Below, in pieces: positions 11,046-23,985 of a stretch of 64,000 nucleotides of DNA. The notes below the pieces were generated by a model, which was not told the DNA's origin, searched no databases, and worked only from the letters and a program-made list of their open reading frames with translations. Each line of letters opens with the position of its first letter. Position 1 is the first letter of the stretch. The position numbers and the translations under genes are program-made. The DNA is from Psammoneis japonica (taxonomy: Eukaryota), in assembly GCA_008632985.1 (NCBI GenBank), contig QPGO01000103.1, positions 1 through 64,000 of the forward strand, given 5' to 3'.

Positions 11046-13271
11046 ATGGGACTTCCGTTGGAAACCATTGGCATTCTATCAACGTGCCTCGTTACATTGG
11101 CAGGATGGATTGTACAACATTTCTCGAGTCCAGGAACATCGTGTCTGTTGAAGCTGGCAGTGACTGTCTGTTTTGCTTTGGGCTTTGGAGGGATTGCTTT
11201 GTTGCCGATTGATTTGACAATTACGCGAGTGTGAGTTTTGATTTGTGCTTCCTTCATGTTGAAGAGGATTGTTGCTCATGTTGTTTGTTTTGGCAGATTC
11301 GAAGAAGGCGAAGGAGCAGATCAACCACCCAACGCCACGTATAGTTCATGGCAGGTCACGTATTGGTCGACGTTTCTGTTGGGCTTTGGGGCGTTGCCTC
11401 TGTTTCGAGAAGCCATTTTGTCGGGTCAATTTACCATTCGTAGTCGATTCCGAGAAGGATGTCGACGAGCGGTGCGAACGTATATGATTTTGCTCGTTGT
11501 AAGTTTTTGCAAAACGTCACAGAAGTAATTTGTTCTGGAGGAGTCATTCACTGATTCATGTTCTTTTGTGTTTATTATGCCAGGTTGCAGTCACTGCGGT
11601 TATGATTTTAGCAATAAAATTACACGATTGGCATGTCGTTCCAGTTCTCATGGCGCTAGGAAACACCTATGGTCTCTTGTTGGTAATGTTGCTGCTGGGG
11701 TACGGACTGGTTGACGTGCCGCGACACATGTGGAGAAAAGCAGACCCACAAACAGAACTGAGACGAAAGCAAATCATGGCGAGCAATGCCGATGAAGCAC
11801 TCTTTGATGCTGTATGGGAATTGCAGGTGAGTAGGTTGGGATTGATACTTGTAATTACCCTTTAGAAGAATTGAAGGAAAGGCTCATTCGTGTTTTGTTT
11901 CTGTGAACTTGCTGTCTCTCTCCCTTTTTTCATTCAGGACTGTGAAGACTTGGTGGACGCGGCTGCTGCCATGGTAGGTGGTGACACTAGCGATGAGAAT
12001 GGAGTTCGACCACAGCTGGATTTGCATTACTCGTACTGCTTGGACAAGTTGCTGACCCATCGTAAATCGACGGCAGTCCTGAGTCCCGAATTGCAACGAC
12101 GACGAGCCAATACCAATCATCGACGACACGAACACAATGCCGAAAATGGCGGAACGACTCGCGAACTAACCAAAGTCCCAAATAGCGAGGATGAAGCGAC
12201 ATGCTACCCGACGCTGGAATACTTGGCGTCGCTCAATGCACGATTGGAAGCCGCACAAGCGGGTGTGGTGATTGCCGAACAACAATGGAATTTGCTGGTT
12301 TCGAAAAGCAACCTCTATACGCATCTTGCCGATGGGACAGTCCCACGGCCGGATCCAGTGGGAATATCAGCCTTGGACGATTCGTTTTGTACAAAATTGC
12401 ACAAGAGGTTGTCGTGGATTGGTGCGCATTTTAGATACTGGTGGTTGACGTGCATGAGAAGTCCCGTGTTGCGTGTGACGAGTATGATTGCCGCGGCACT
12501 GTCGGTCGCTGTCATGTGGAGCGAAGCAACTTTGGCAATTCCATTCAATTTGTCGCCCTTTGCCTTGGCATTGAGAGTGTTTGATAGGGACGGTGACAAG
12601 GGTGTGCTGTTTCAGATTGCAGCCATGGTTCCGCTCCTTTACATGGCAACGTGCGTCTATAGCAGTTTGTTCAAATTGAGTTTGTTTGGAAGATATCGTT
12701 TGCGCGGACACAAGCAGAGTGAGGGTGTGGCGTTGGTTTTTAATGCGCAATACCTTGTGAGGCTGCAATTCCCGTTGGCTTACAATTACCTCCTAATGTA
12801 CGTGGTGGTTGCGTGCGTTGTGTGTTCGTTTGCTGCATCTTGACGCAGCGCACGTGTTATTACTGCTCTTCACTGTTTCCTTACTATTCTCTCTCCCTCG
12901 ACTTTTTCTCAATATACAGGATCAAATACGACACGTCCACAACGGACTGTGCCTTTTCCCACGTCATGAGCAACATGTCTACAGTTCCATTCTTGGGAAC
13001 GAGTTTTTCGGTCTATGCCCCGCTGTTAATTTTGGCACTCTGTGGCTTTACGCTCTGCAACGGTTATGGCCGGTTACTGGCTGTATTGGGGATGGAACAC
13101 GAAGACTCGATATTATCGGGTGATCAAGAAACGCTCGACGGTAAGGTAAATGAGGGAATCATGCTTCTGAGACGTCATTCTCAACGTCGACAGTCGTCTG
13201 GAATAGAGGACGAGGCAACATCACCCAAGTCTGGCGACGGCAGTCCCAGTTGGAGAACAGGGATTGTATGA
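11046..13271 (+). CDS. LMBR1-family multi-pass membrane protein (LMBRD2-like), 5 exons
   Basis: Motifs LLPIDL, WQVTYWSTFLLG, MALGNTYGLLLVMLLLGYGLVDVPRHMW, YLVRLQFPLAYNYL, FSVYAPLLIL. GT-AG introns near 11229-11296, 11499-11583, 11827-11937 and 12799-12919. Confidence 0.88.
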
Positions 13272-13402
13272 ATATTATAAATAATACAATAGAAGAATAT
13301 ATTTTGTGCATGCTGTAAACCTAATGCTCTAGAATAGTTGATATACCAGCATGTCTTTTCGCGTATTCTTACACTCAGTGGCGAGTCGTCCCTCACTAGA
13401 GT

Positions 13403-14328
13403 CTAAGCTTCAGCCTTTTCTTCTTCACCCTTCTTGTCATCATCCCCCTTGGTATTGAGAGACTCGAGTGCTTCTGCAGCTTCCGCGGCAGCACCATCCT
13501 CATCCGGTTTGTCCTCTCCGGCCAAGAGCACTTCCATCTCCTTGACAACTTCTTTGAATTTCTCTGCAAACTCGTTTGCCACATCGGAATTGATGAATCG
13601 CACGGCAAACACCGTCTCTTCCAATACACCCTCGGCAAAGTCATAGGCCGTGTAGACCCACGATCTGTCGGAACCGACATTGGGTTCGAGCGCAATGCGC
13701 GGATCAATCGCGTGGTTGCAAATAATCTTCATGGTCTTTTCTTGACGCATAATGGCACGGATTCGCTGATGCTCGCGGTGACGGAGGATGCGATAATCAC
13801 CCACGCCGCGTTCGCGCCACGTCTTTTTGCCCGTGCCCTTGTCCAAGAGCGTTTCGCCAAAAATGAAAAGCTTGGCGCGTTGTGAATAGAGGCATTCCTG
13901 GAAAACGTGATTGTAGAGAGAGATAGAATCATACGAGGTGAGTTTACTACAGAGCAAAAGCCAATCCTGCAACCAACATACGCAATAACACTCTTACCTC
14001 TTCTTCTTCACCACTCTTGACTTCAACCTCCTCAAGTTTGACCTATATACAAAAAGAAAAGAGTCGAATCGAAAAGAGGTGAGAAAAAAAAACAATGCCA
14101 GGATCGTGTTTGGTACGTTCTTGGTACGAAAGTCACGTAGAATCTACGCAACGCGCAGGTCGTGGATCCCATCACACAGACGCTCATGACTCATGTACTT
14201 ACCACCGGTTCAAAGGTTGCACCACTTTCCTCTTCCGCCACCTTTTCCTCAGACTCAGTCTTGGGAGCTTCCTCCGTCTTGGGAGCCTCCTCGGTGGCTG
14301 TTGCTTGCTTTTCTTCCTCAGCGCTCAT
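13403..14328 (-). CDS. RANBP1: Ran-binding protein 1 (RanBD), 3 exons
   Basis: TFEPV|VKLEEVEVKSGEEEE|ECLYSQRAKLFIF...WRERGVGD...MRQEKTMKIICNH...GSDRSWVY..YDFAEG...FAVRF. Two GT-AG introns. Confidence 0.93.
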
Positions 14329-14625
14329 GATGGTGATCCGGTGTTGTTGTTGTTGATGAAGTTGTGGGAAAATGACGGGATGCGCGGGGTTGTGTGTGCA
14401 GTTGGTGTGTGGCCAGACGGTCGAAAGGATTCTACGTAAGAATCATACTGAGAATGTGTGTATGTACCATTCTACTGCAGTTCCCATACGATCCGTTTGA
14501 GTACTCGGATTTGCGTTCATTCTTACATACGTCAATCCTACAGTCAGATCTCGTATCGTTTCGAAGACAAACGCACCGCTTATTCCATCACAGCACACAT
14601 CAGCAAGCCGAAGGGCGGTGTCACC

Positions 14626-15587
14626 ATGGCGTCGGCTACCGCTCTCGTCACAACCGCCTCGAGGCGATTGGTTACGAAATCAGCCTTTTTGTCACCAACG
14701 GCTACTACTTATAGACATTTCTCATCAAGCAGTAGTAGTGGATCGTCAAGCTTGCGTCAAGTAGCAACCTTTGCGGTGGCAGGTGGTATTGGCTTTCTTT
14801 CGTATTATGTTGTAAACGAATACTACATGAATTCAAACAAAAAAGAAGAAGCAATTGATCCAAACAAGCCGGGTAAGTTGTAGAGTGAACTGAGTTGTGT
14901 GTTCTGTGCCGTGTTATTCTCTTTGCTACGCTGCTACAGATGAACTTATGCATGCGTTGTGAACCGTGGAATTTTTCTGAACTTCTTCTGTTTTACCTCC
15001 GCGTTTCAACTTCATTATCAGTCCCACCACAAGCTGAAATTACGTCTCGTGTCTTTTTTGACATTTCTATTGATGGCAATCCCGCGGGGCGCATCGTCAT
15101 GGGCTTGTACGGGGGTGTGGTTCCCAAAACGTGCGCCAATTTCCAAGCCCTCTGCGAGGGAAATCAAAAAGTTCGACGCACCAAATTGTCCTATGAAAAG
15201 AGCACCTTCCATCGGTGCATACCCGGTTTCATGATTCAGGGTGGAGACTATACAAAACACAATGGTATGGGCGGATTGAGCATTTACGGAGAACGCTTTG
15301 ACGATGAAGATTTTTCACTCAAACACACTGGTCCCGGTGTTTTGTCCATGGCCAATGCCGGTGCCAATACGAATTCGTCTCAATTTTTTATCTGCACGGC
15401 GAAAACACCGCACTTGGATGGACGCCATGTCGTCTTTGGAACCGTGGTGGAGGGATGGCCCACGGTCAAGTTGATTGAAAAGCATGGATCCAAATCGGGA
15501 ACCACCTCCAAGCGAATTGTGATTGAAAAAGCCGGCGTCTTGCCAAAGGAGGAAGACGAAGAAAATGGCAAGGAAAACAAACAGTAG
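14626..15587 (+). CDS. Cyclophilin-type peptidyl-prolyl isomerase with mitochondrial-like presequence and TM segment, 2 exons
   Basis: [71 protein letters not shown]. Intron ~14873-15020. Transcribed divergently from RanBP1. Confidence 0.93.
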
Positions 15588-15623
15588 CAGACAAGAAATT
15601 ATATCTAAACTAGCATGATTATT

Positions 15624-17072
15624 TTATATCCATTCGATGTTTTTCTTGCGCAGTATATAGTGCCGCACGTCTCCATCATCGTATTCGACGCAATGCTTTT
15701 TCGTTTCAGCATTGTACGAACGAATCGTTCCGGCATAAAACTTTCCCTTGCTCCATCGGACACGAAGTCGCTTGCCCACCATGCTTTGCATTCTTGCTTC
15801 ATCGGCTTGAAGGCTGTTCTTTGTAAACTCTTGAACGCTGTTTGTAAATTCAGCAATGATATCCTCATTGACGTCGTTACAACAACAGATGCGGCTGTAC
15901 ACCAAGAGAGTGGCAACGTGGTCACTTTTCATATCCAGCTTATAGGGGCGACAACTGAGCAGATCTAGCACGTGAATCAACACCTCTTCTTCTCCTTGCA
16001 TGGGTTTTACATGTTCATCATCCAACAAGAGCCAAGCTTCGTTGTTTGTTTGGCTCTTATTGTCACGAACCAGTGCGATGTAATGCCCACCTTCTTCATC
16101 CTCCGACTCGTTGTTGTTGCTGTCCGACACGTGAAGGATTGCTCCAACCAACTGGTATTGAAAACAGCAGGACGAATAACGACAATCAGTATCAGAAGGA
16201 AATGACTCGGACATGTAGTCCATCATGCTCAAGGATGCTGGAACGTCGATTGGGCTGGAAAAGACTTGAACGCTATTGTTGTCGTACGAAAATCGTTGTT
16301 GCAAGTGGAGAAACAAATGCTGTGGTAACGTGAGAATTGGCGTGGTTTTATGCGTGGTCCAGCTCGTTTGGTGCTCCGCATATTCCTCTTGTTCTCCTTG
16401 TTTTGTTCTCGTTTCTACATAATTTGTAGCATTCTCCCAATCATAGTCTCCCTCAATCACTTGCGGTTCCATTGTGGATTGAAACAAGGCTTCTGGAATC
16501 GACGAGGTGCCATTGGTTCCAATCACAAACGGACATGTCATGGCTCGAACCTTGGTCCTTGTTCTCACGTTGTTTCCCCGACGACCCACCAATGTCTGGT
16601 TGAGTTTGCCCCCAAACACACACTTTTCCATAACGTCATTGAGCCGTTGCAGCCAATCGATGCTTTTTTGTCGATCGACTTCTTTCATTACACAGTCATG
16701 AATGGTTTCGAGCAAGATTCGAAGTGCAGAAACCGCGTCACCCAACTCGTGCGGATCAATCGCGCTTGATGATACCAAATCAAGTGCTTTGTACAATTGC
16801 GTTGGATCGACTGCAGTAGTAGAATCCGACTCGTCATTTAAATCACAAAACAAGCGTCCAAGACGAGTCAGAAACTTTAGTTCTGCGGAAGTAACAACAA
16901 CTACCTCCTCAAGTTCCGCCAAAGCCATCAAGCATGTTTTGAGCTGCGGTAGAGAATGAAAGATGATTTGTATGGCAGCTGTCAAGTGGCATGATACACC
17001 TGAAATGTTCATTATGCCTCGTGTCATGATCCAAGAAGGAGGATGTTGTGCGAAACTGGACATTTCACACAA
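15624..17072 (-). CDS. Ubiquitin-specific protease (peptidase C19) with C-terminal Tudor-like domain
   Basis: Cys box GIMNISGVSCHLTAAIQ, His box GGHYIALVR, WLLLDDEHV. C-terminus VGKRLRVRWSKGKFYAGTIRSYN...HCVEYDDGD. Confidence 0.85.
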   Translation of the reverse strand: MCEMSSFAQHPPSWIMTRGIMNISGVSCHLTAAIQIIFHSLPQLKTCLMALAELEEVVVVTSAELKFLTRLGRLFCDLNDESDSTTAVDPTQLYKALDLVSSSAIDPHELGDAVSALRILLETIHDCVMKEVDRQKSIDWLQRLNDVMEKCVFGGKLNQTLVGRRGNNVRTRTKVRAMTCPFVIGTNGTSSIPEALFQSTMEPQVIEGDYDWENATNYVETRTKQGEQEEYAEHQTSWTTHKTTPILTLPQHLFLHLQQRFSYDNNSVQVFSSPIDVPASLSMMDYMSESFPSDTDCRYSSCCFQYQLVGAILHVSDSNNNESEDEEGGHYIALVRDNKSQTNNEAWLLLDDEHVKPMQGEEEVLIHVLDLLSCRPYKLDMKSDHVATLLVYSRICCCNDVNEDIIAEFTNSVQEFTKNSLQADEARMQSMVGKRLRVRWSKGKFYAGTIRSYNAETKKHCVEYDDGDVRHYILRKKNIEWI

Positions 17073-17300
17073 GTTGCGCTGCCGTCGTTTTCAGTTTGCG
17101 CCGTCATCGTCTGCGATTTCCTCAGAGAGCAGAGAGCGGAGAGCGCGATGATGGATGCGTGAAATAGAACTCTATTTCTATTAGGCTACTGTACTCTTTC
17201 CAAAATTAGGACAAGATAGATAAAAACAAAGCAACATCACCCGCCAAAGGTTCCCAACCCAAAACTTGCGTGCTCTGGCACCTAGCTACTAGCATCCACG

Positions 17301-19170
17301 CTAATCCTTTGTTATGTATACCACAATCGCACAGAGCATGCTAACCAACCAAGGAATTACCCGAGAGCAATCGGTGTTGAACAGAGCATCGCACCGGTTG
17401 TTCAATTTGAACAATGACTTGCACATGAACCCGACGAAAGAGTGCGACCAAGATAACACCCGACCCACAAAAGCAAATGGAGATATGCGATTGGCGCAGA
17501 GAATGACCATTGTTGGAACGCCAAGTAGTAGCGCAAGCTCCCATGATGCGATTGCTTTGACCGCCTTCGTCGCATAAACCATCACTTTCCAAGTTATGAA
17601 AAACCCACACAAGTTGGAGAAATCATAAGTTTCGTTCGGTTCAACACCATCCGCAGTCATGAGAAGCCTCGTATACAACGTAAAGATAACGCCAATTAGC
17701 GAAATCGACGCGGAATTGTGAAAAACATAGCGACCGAAAAGGTAGCAGAGCAACACAAAGGCAGTCCGCGCCCAATCAATGTTTTTCATGGTAGCCACAA
17801 TCTCGAATACAAGATGCTTGAGGGCTGGTAGAACTTTCTTGTACGCTAACGAATCTTTGGCATTTTCTGTCTGGGACTGCAACAGAAGCAAAATGTTCGC
17901 ATTGACTGCAATCTCTGCGAAATTCAAGGGTAGCTCTCCATACACATTCTTGGCCAAGAGTGTTTCCGGCAGAAGACCATCATACTGGCTAGCGCAAAAG
18001 AAAAGGAATCGGATCATTTCTTCTGATTCATAGTAGGCAGCATAGTGCATGAGCGTATTTCCGTCGCCATCTAGCTCTTGGAGGAAATAGGCCGCGGCGG
18101 TCTCAGTCATGGACGCCTCGTCATAGACATCCACAGGAGGAAATCGTCCTCGTAGAAGATATCGTAAGGATAGCTCGCGAACAGCCGCTTCATGCATGGT
18201 GTGCAGTTCAGTTGGAATAGATTAATGGCAGCATCTACCATACCCACGCGGAGTGCGACAACAATCTGTTCCGTACAGCATTCCATAACCAATTGCGTGG
18301 CTTCGGTGGCTCGTGCGACTCGGCTTCATGGTCAATATCATCAAGATTTGGTTCACGTTGCGACTGGTCTCCCATTGAACACTTGCAATATTTGACCTGT
18401 TGGACAAAGTTCTCGTGGACATCTTGACGACCTCTGCGGGTGTCCAACTCATAATCATCTCGCATCCTCCTTGCTTTCCCCTGTATGTCGCGTTGAGCAT
18501 GGCGTACTTGGAACATTGCTTTGCGAATTTTTTCCTGTTCCTTTTTCATTCCTCCTCCATTTCTTTCCGCACTCGTTCTTGTGCTTTCTGCGCTTTCGCT
18601 CTTCCTTCTGGCGGCTTGTCGAGCTGCTTTTCTTCCTCCTGACGTTCCTTGGCCGTTCGGCTCCTTGCTTGCTTTCCGTCTCGCCGACGCTGTTTCTTTG
18701 ACTTTTTCTGCTTGTTGTTCTTACCACCAGTTTCCTCTTTTGTATCCACACGGATCTTTATTCTCGTCCGTTTCCTCCTCCGCAACATTTTCTTGATCCT
18801 CCTCGGTCGCCGGATTGAGCTCTTCTTCAATCAACGCGTGCGCCGCGTTGAGCCTTTGAGTTTTCTCCTTGCTCTCGGGTGTACCCCCATTTCGATCGGG
18901 ATGAAAACGAAGACTGAGCTTCTTGTATTGCTTACGAACTTGCTCAAATGTACCGGAGGTGTAGCTCCATAAAGCTGTATGCCTCCTCCAGCGCCGTGTT
19001 TTTGTTTGCGCCGTTGCTGCAGGTTGGGTCGTCGTCGGAAGCATTGTGAGCAAACGAGGGTCGTTTCGAAAAAGCAATCTCAATCAGATCCGTCAGTAGG
19101 TTCAGCAAGATTGCAATAAGATACTGTAACATGGTTATGATCGCAAACACAATGCAAAAGGGCCCAACTC
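17301..19170 (-). pseudogene. DnaJ-domain + ankyrin + multi-TM protein, split by several frameshifts (pseudogene or assembly indels)
   Basis: J domain VRKQYKKLSLRFHPDRNGG (ORF 18721..19083), charged linker, ankyrin DGDGNTLMHYAAYY...KNVYGELPLNFA and a hydrophobic C-terminus (ORF 17301..18197). The pieces lie in different frames. Confidence 0.65.
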
Positions 19171-19332
19171 TGCTATGATCTTAACAGTTATAACGCCGCA
19201 ACGACGATGATAAAAAATAAAAATGAAGTAAAGTCGTGGTCTGGCTTGTGCGGGTCGGAGGGAAGTTTGACTCGCCTGTCGCATGTCGCTGTGATGGAAG
19301 CCCGACTTCCCCAACTCTAGCTACTTCTAGTA

Positions 19333-20340
19333 GCCAGAGAGTGCAAGTTTGCACACTGCACACACCGCACACCCGCTCAGGAGCAAGGGAGATCATTTTC
19401 TCAAGCTGCCACATGTGCACTTGTTGCTGACAATGTTCTGAATTTGGTGGTTGCTGGCTGCCCCCCCGGGCCTCCTCTCTTGCACACACAGAGAGAACAG
19501 GAGGAGCAGGCCACTTCAGCCCAGCTGTGTGCCCATGTTCACAGAGCATTTTTCTCTTGTGCAATGGCAGAAAACTCCACTTGCTTCTCTGTGCAACAAT
19601 GGAAAATTCTGGTTTTCTTCTCTTTCTTTTTTCTCAACAATTGCGGCGGGCTCCACTTGCTTTTTTCTCTCTTTTCAACACAGAGAAAATTGGGCTTTTT
19701 CTTGCTCTTCTTTCTTTCTGCAGCACAACAAAAACTTCTGTTTGACATGTGTGTCATGCACACAAACAATGGAAAAAGAAGCTCTCTGCTGCTTGTTTTG
19801 TTTGCCTTTGAGCTGCTCGTCAGCAAAAAAAACCTGAGTGCATGTGCATGCATTGCCACTGCAAATGTTGTGCCATGTGTGGCCCAGCAGTGCACTGAGC
19901 TTTGGGCCAGAGTGCACCCAGCACCGCGAGAAAGCTTGCGCAGTGTGGCTCAGATGGCAATTGAGAAAGGAGAGCGGGCAGCCAAGAGACCCCCCCCCCA
20001 AGAAGGTCTCTAACTTTTGAAAGATGCTGCTGACCCACCAGGCCAGAGACTGGAAAGTTTGCAGATGATGGCAGTTGGCTGGGCAACGGGGCGGTGCACA
20101 ACAACCTGTTTCGAGAGCTTTCTAGAGAAAAGATCGACCCCCACACACAAAGAAGAGCTGCATCAGATCAATGGAACACTGTTGCCTGTCACTGTGGTGC
20201 AATGTTGCAGCAATGTGATGCTTCACACCACCAAGAAAAGCTCCTAGTGTGTAAAAGGCAGTTCCTGCTTGATGCTGCGTGACGCTCCAGCCCAAGACCT
20301 TCCCGCATGTGTGACGAACGCAGGTCCCTGCAGCAACACG
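19333..20340. mobile_element. Small TpA-depleted non-coding island, probable non-autonomous repeat
   Basis: No TA found between 19333 and 20010 and only four in 20011-20340. Flanks are TA-rich. No credible protein and no termini identified. Confidence 0.55.
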
Positions 20341-20703
20341 CGACAAAATCAAACGGACTTAATGACTCCTCTCAGTGACTTTGAATCGTGAAATAATTAA
20401 GAACACAATATTGAAATGACCTCTTATTTTTTTAGTGATTGAATGTTTTATTTTGGAAAGGCGACCGACCGTTGGTGTGGTATTTATCAAATTTTGAAAT
20501 GACTTTTTATCCATGGTCATATCTAAATATGTCATGACATTTTTTTCTTTATGAGACTACGCAGAAATTCGGCCGTTGTCGGAGGATCATAACGAACTTC
20601 GTTCACTCACCTCTAACACCAACGCAAAACACGAAAAACCAAACTCCGCAACACACTTTCCCACCAATCATTCATCGCTCCACAGCATTCTAATCCTACC
20701 GAC

Positions 20704-23271
20704 CATGTTATCAGCTTTGATCAATACCAAGCCAATCGGGCGTGTCATTTGGTCGCACAGAAGAGGTTTGATGAAGGCATTGTCTGTTATGTGGTGTTGG
20801 ATAATGCTCAAGGAGATTAACTTAGTCCGAACGGCCATCAATTTCGAGATGAACTTCGGATCTCGAATCCTTCTAACCGTGGCGAACCATTGCACGATCC
20901 CGTTCGCTCTCTGGACATCTTGTCCGTCGGCTCCATTACCAGGCCCAAGTATCTTCAATCTCAGTTGGAAACATGGGCTTCGCACGTGTCCATTAGATCA
21001 TTCATCGGGGTGACCGAGATGGACGATCATAACCAAACGTGCTCGCAAATGAGCAGCAAGGAAACTCTTACGTACATTAGTTCCTGCAGGACAACTCCAA
21101 GCTTTAGTGCCCCCATCAAGGCTTTTGCGCGTGAGCACTACTCTCACACGGAAGGAGATGTGCCAGATACCTATGTATTCAGGACTGATCCTGGTTGGCA
21201 CTGCGCTCAGAGACGATTCGGTCAATCACTGCAAGTCCTCGAGAACAGCATCAGGAATTCAGCTGAAGAGACAATTGCAGACTATGTCGTCATGGTGGAC
21301 GACGACACTTTTTTCAACGCTAACATGTTTCAGGATCATATAGCATTAGCTGACCCTGATGAAGCTCGAGTCTACGCGGGGTGTTTGTTTGAAGCAAACG
21401 AGACAATCAATATTCCATATGATTTCCCCTACGGCGGATTTGGCGTTGTCTTCTCCAAAGGAGCGGTCAAGCGTATGATCAAACCCGTTTACTGCTCCAT
21501 GCAAGGCCTTCGTGGCAATCGCGATACAGATTCTTCCGCCAATACAAAGGAAAATGATGACTACTTTCTCAAAAATGCCTGCAACGCTATTCAATCCAAT
21601 CGGATAGGAGAAGAAGACTTCTTCCAAGAAGGGATGTCCATCGTTGATCTCATTAGCGAGTACTCCGCTCGAAGCCCACAATTATGCCTCCACTCCGATT
21701 GGCTCATTGGATACATGGCAAAGTACTACCTAAGCTTGAAGCCGCCCGTCGTTGAAACCAATTCTACCACTATCTATCCCATCCTGACATGGCCCCATCA
21801 ATGCGGCAATCACAGCCTAGTTAACACGTGTAACTCGAAAGCTATGTTTTGCCATCGTCAAGCTCCAGAAGACATGGCGGCGTTGACTGAAGAAATGCGA
21901 GAGGTAAATCCGGAAAGCTTCCGCTATGGAAGCCTCGTCCACGATACCAGTATGGCCTTTACGAACATCGCCAACATTACCTCGCACGTCGCGAGTCTCA
22001 GCAAACTGAAGGCCGTCAAGCCTACTGCCAATCATATTTTGCACGTATCCGACTCCGCGAAAGCATGGTTGAAGGATTTCAAGTCTTCAAAAAAGATCAA
22101 AGCGAACGAGATTGCCCAAAGAGAATCAGAAGAAGCCAATGCCTGGTTGGAAATGCTGAGGAACGACACGATTCTGCAAGAGCAACAAGCGTCCACCCAT
22201 CGTGACCCAGAGTACGTCTGGAAGGCCCCTCTCAAATGGATTACTCCAAGACAAATCTTACCTCCAACCATCTACGACAATGAGCTAGCTCATATCTTTG
22301 ACCAACTACGGAACGGAGAGATCCTCAAGGCGACATCGGCGACTGGAGGTTCGCAGCTCAAGCTTCTATTGGAACTCAAGGGCGGTCAACAAGTTATCTT
22401 TAAACCCATGAGGGTACACCCAGGGAATGACTTGCATAGCTCAGAGATTGCTGCATTTCATGTCTCTCGACTCTTGGACATACGACGAGCCCCAATCACC
22501 GTCGGTCGTCGTCTAGATATCGAAAAGGAGATTTTGCCGGTAGCCACGCCCGAGTTTCGTGATACATTTACCAATGCAGAGGGAAAGAAGAATTGTTTTT
22601 ACGGAATATGCGAGCACTGTAGACATCCCGTATGTCCCAGAGAGGACGGAACAATGGAAGGGGTTATGATTTTGTTTCTGCCTAAGGAGATACGCGAAGG
22701 ATCAGACCTCGTCATTGGCCACACGAACACGAGATTTCCGCTCAAGGCGTGGAACGACAAGGACCGAGAACGAGCAGAGCTCATGAAAACAAAGGATTAC
22801 TGTGACGCCTACGTTAAACCTGAGTCTCCTTTGGAGCCTCGCATCCTTGATGTCGTCGAAACAGCCATCTTTGATTTCCTCACCCAGAACATTGATCGCC
22901 ATACGCACGAGTTTGTAGATGAAGAGGATAATGGTGCAGTGCTTCTGATCGATCAGGGCAAGAGCTTTCTACCAGAGTCTGCGGAATACGATGAGATGAA
23001 ACTCTTGGTGCCCTTGGTCAGCTGTTGCATCTTGCGAGAAACATTTTTTGAGCAGCTTCAATGGATTTCAAGGTGGAATATGAGCTTCTCCGATGCCCTG
23101 GTTCATCTAACGTCGGTTGATATCGCAAGTCATGCCAGGGGAAAGAAGAATATTTTGTCCGATGGTGAGCTTAGTGCCTTGGACCGGAGACTGGGAATCG
23201 TCCTGGATGCAATAAATACCTGCCTTGACGAGCGGGGTAGGGAAGAAGTCTTGATGGACTCTCCGCAGTAG
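20704..23271 (+). CDS. Type II membrane protein: Fringe/GT31-like glycosyltransferase fused to a FAM20-family secretory kinase
   Basis: ORF 20890..23271 has DYVVMVDDDTFFN, YGGFGVVFS and HSDWLIG (GT31/Fringe), then GGSQLKLLLEL...VIFKP, SEIAAFHVSRLLDIRRAPITVGR, CFYGIC, IFDFLTQNIDRH and LIDQGKSF (FAM20). The probable N-terminal anchor MLSALINTK... at 20704 is out of frame (indel). Confidence 0.85.
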
Positions 23272-23739
23272 GCCAATTCCAAACGGTGGTGATCGGTCTT
23301 CATTCCTGAAAAAGTTCTTGTAAACTACAGATTTAGACACTTCAGAGCAAACACACTATTGAAGCGATTTCCATACTACTTCTATTTCTCCATCGTAGCA
23401 ACGGTTGTAGCACTCCCACCCAGTCGTCGGTTCCATAAAGTAGGTGTCAAGAACTGGTGAAGGATGAAGGCAAGCATATGCAGAACACAGGCTCTCCAGT
23501 GCTGCGTTACCGCTCCAACGCCACTTGCCGGGATAAATTTCAGCATTATTGGCACGCTGTAGGGTGCGGCAATCGCTGTCATCAAGGGGTGAGTGCGATG
23601 GTGAAATCGAATCACCCAGGAATTGAGATACCTGGTAATGAATCACTTCCTATTCCCCAACCACATGCTCAACGGACACGAACGCGGCGAAAACAAATGC
23701 GGCTCGATCAGGCTAAGGCCGAGTTTACGTAGATGGTAC

Positions 23740-23985
23740 CGGAAAAGTTAGCTCCATAATATAAAGCTATCTTTGCCTCTTCCAGCGGCGTGTTTTTGAT
23801 TGCGCCGTTGCCGCTGCTGCGCTGCTTGCGAGTTCGTCGTCGGAAGAGCATCGTGAGCAAACCAGGGCCCTTTCGAACAAGCAATCTCAATCAGAGCCGT
23901 CAGTAGGTTCAGCAAGCTAGCAATAAGATACTGCAGCATGATTGTGACCGCCAACACAATTTCTAAAGGGCTGCCCAACTCTTTT
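23740..23985 (-). pseudogene. Diverged partial duplicate of the 5' part of the DnaJ-ankyrin gene
   Basis: Clear nucleotide similarity to ~18955-19172. Peptide MLQYLIASLLNLLTALIEIA versus MLQYLIAILLNLLTDLIEIA. Confidence 0.8.
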
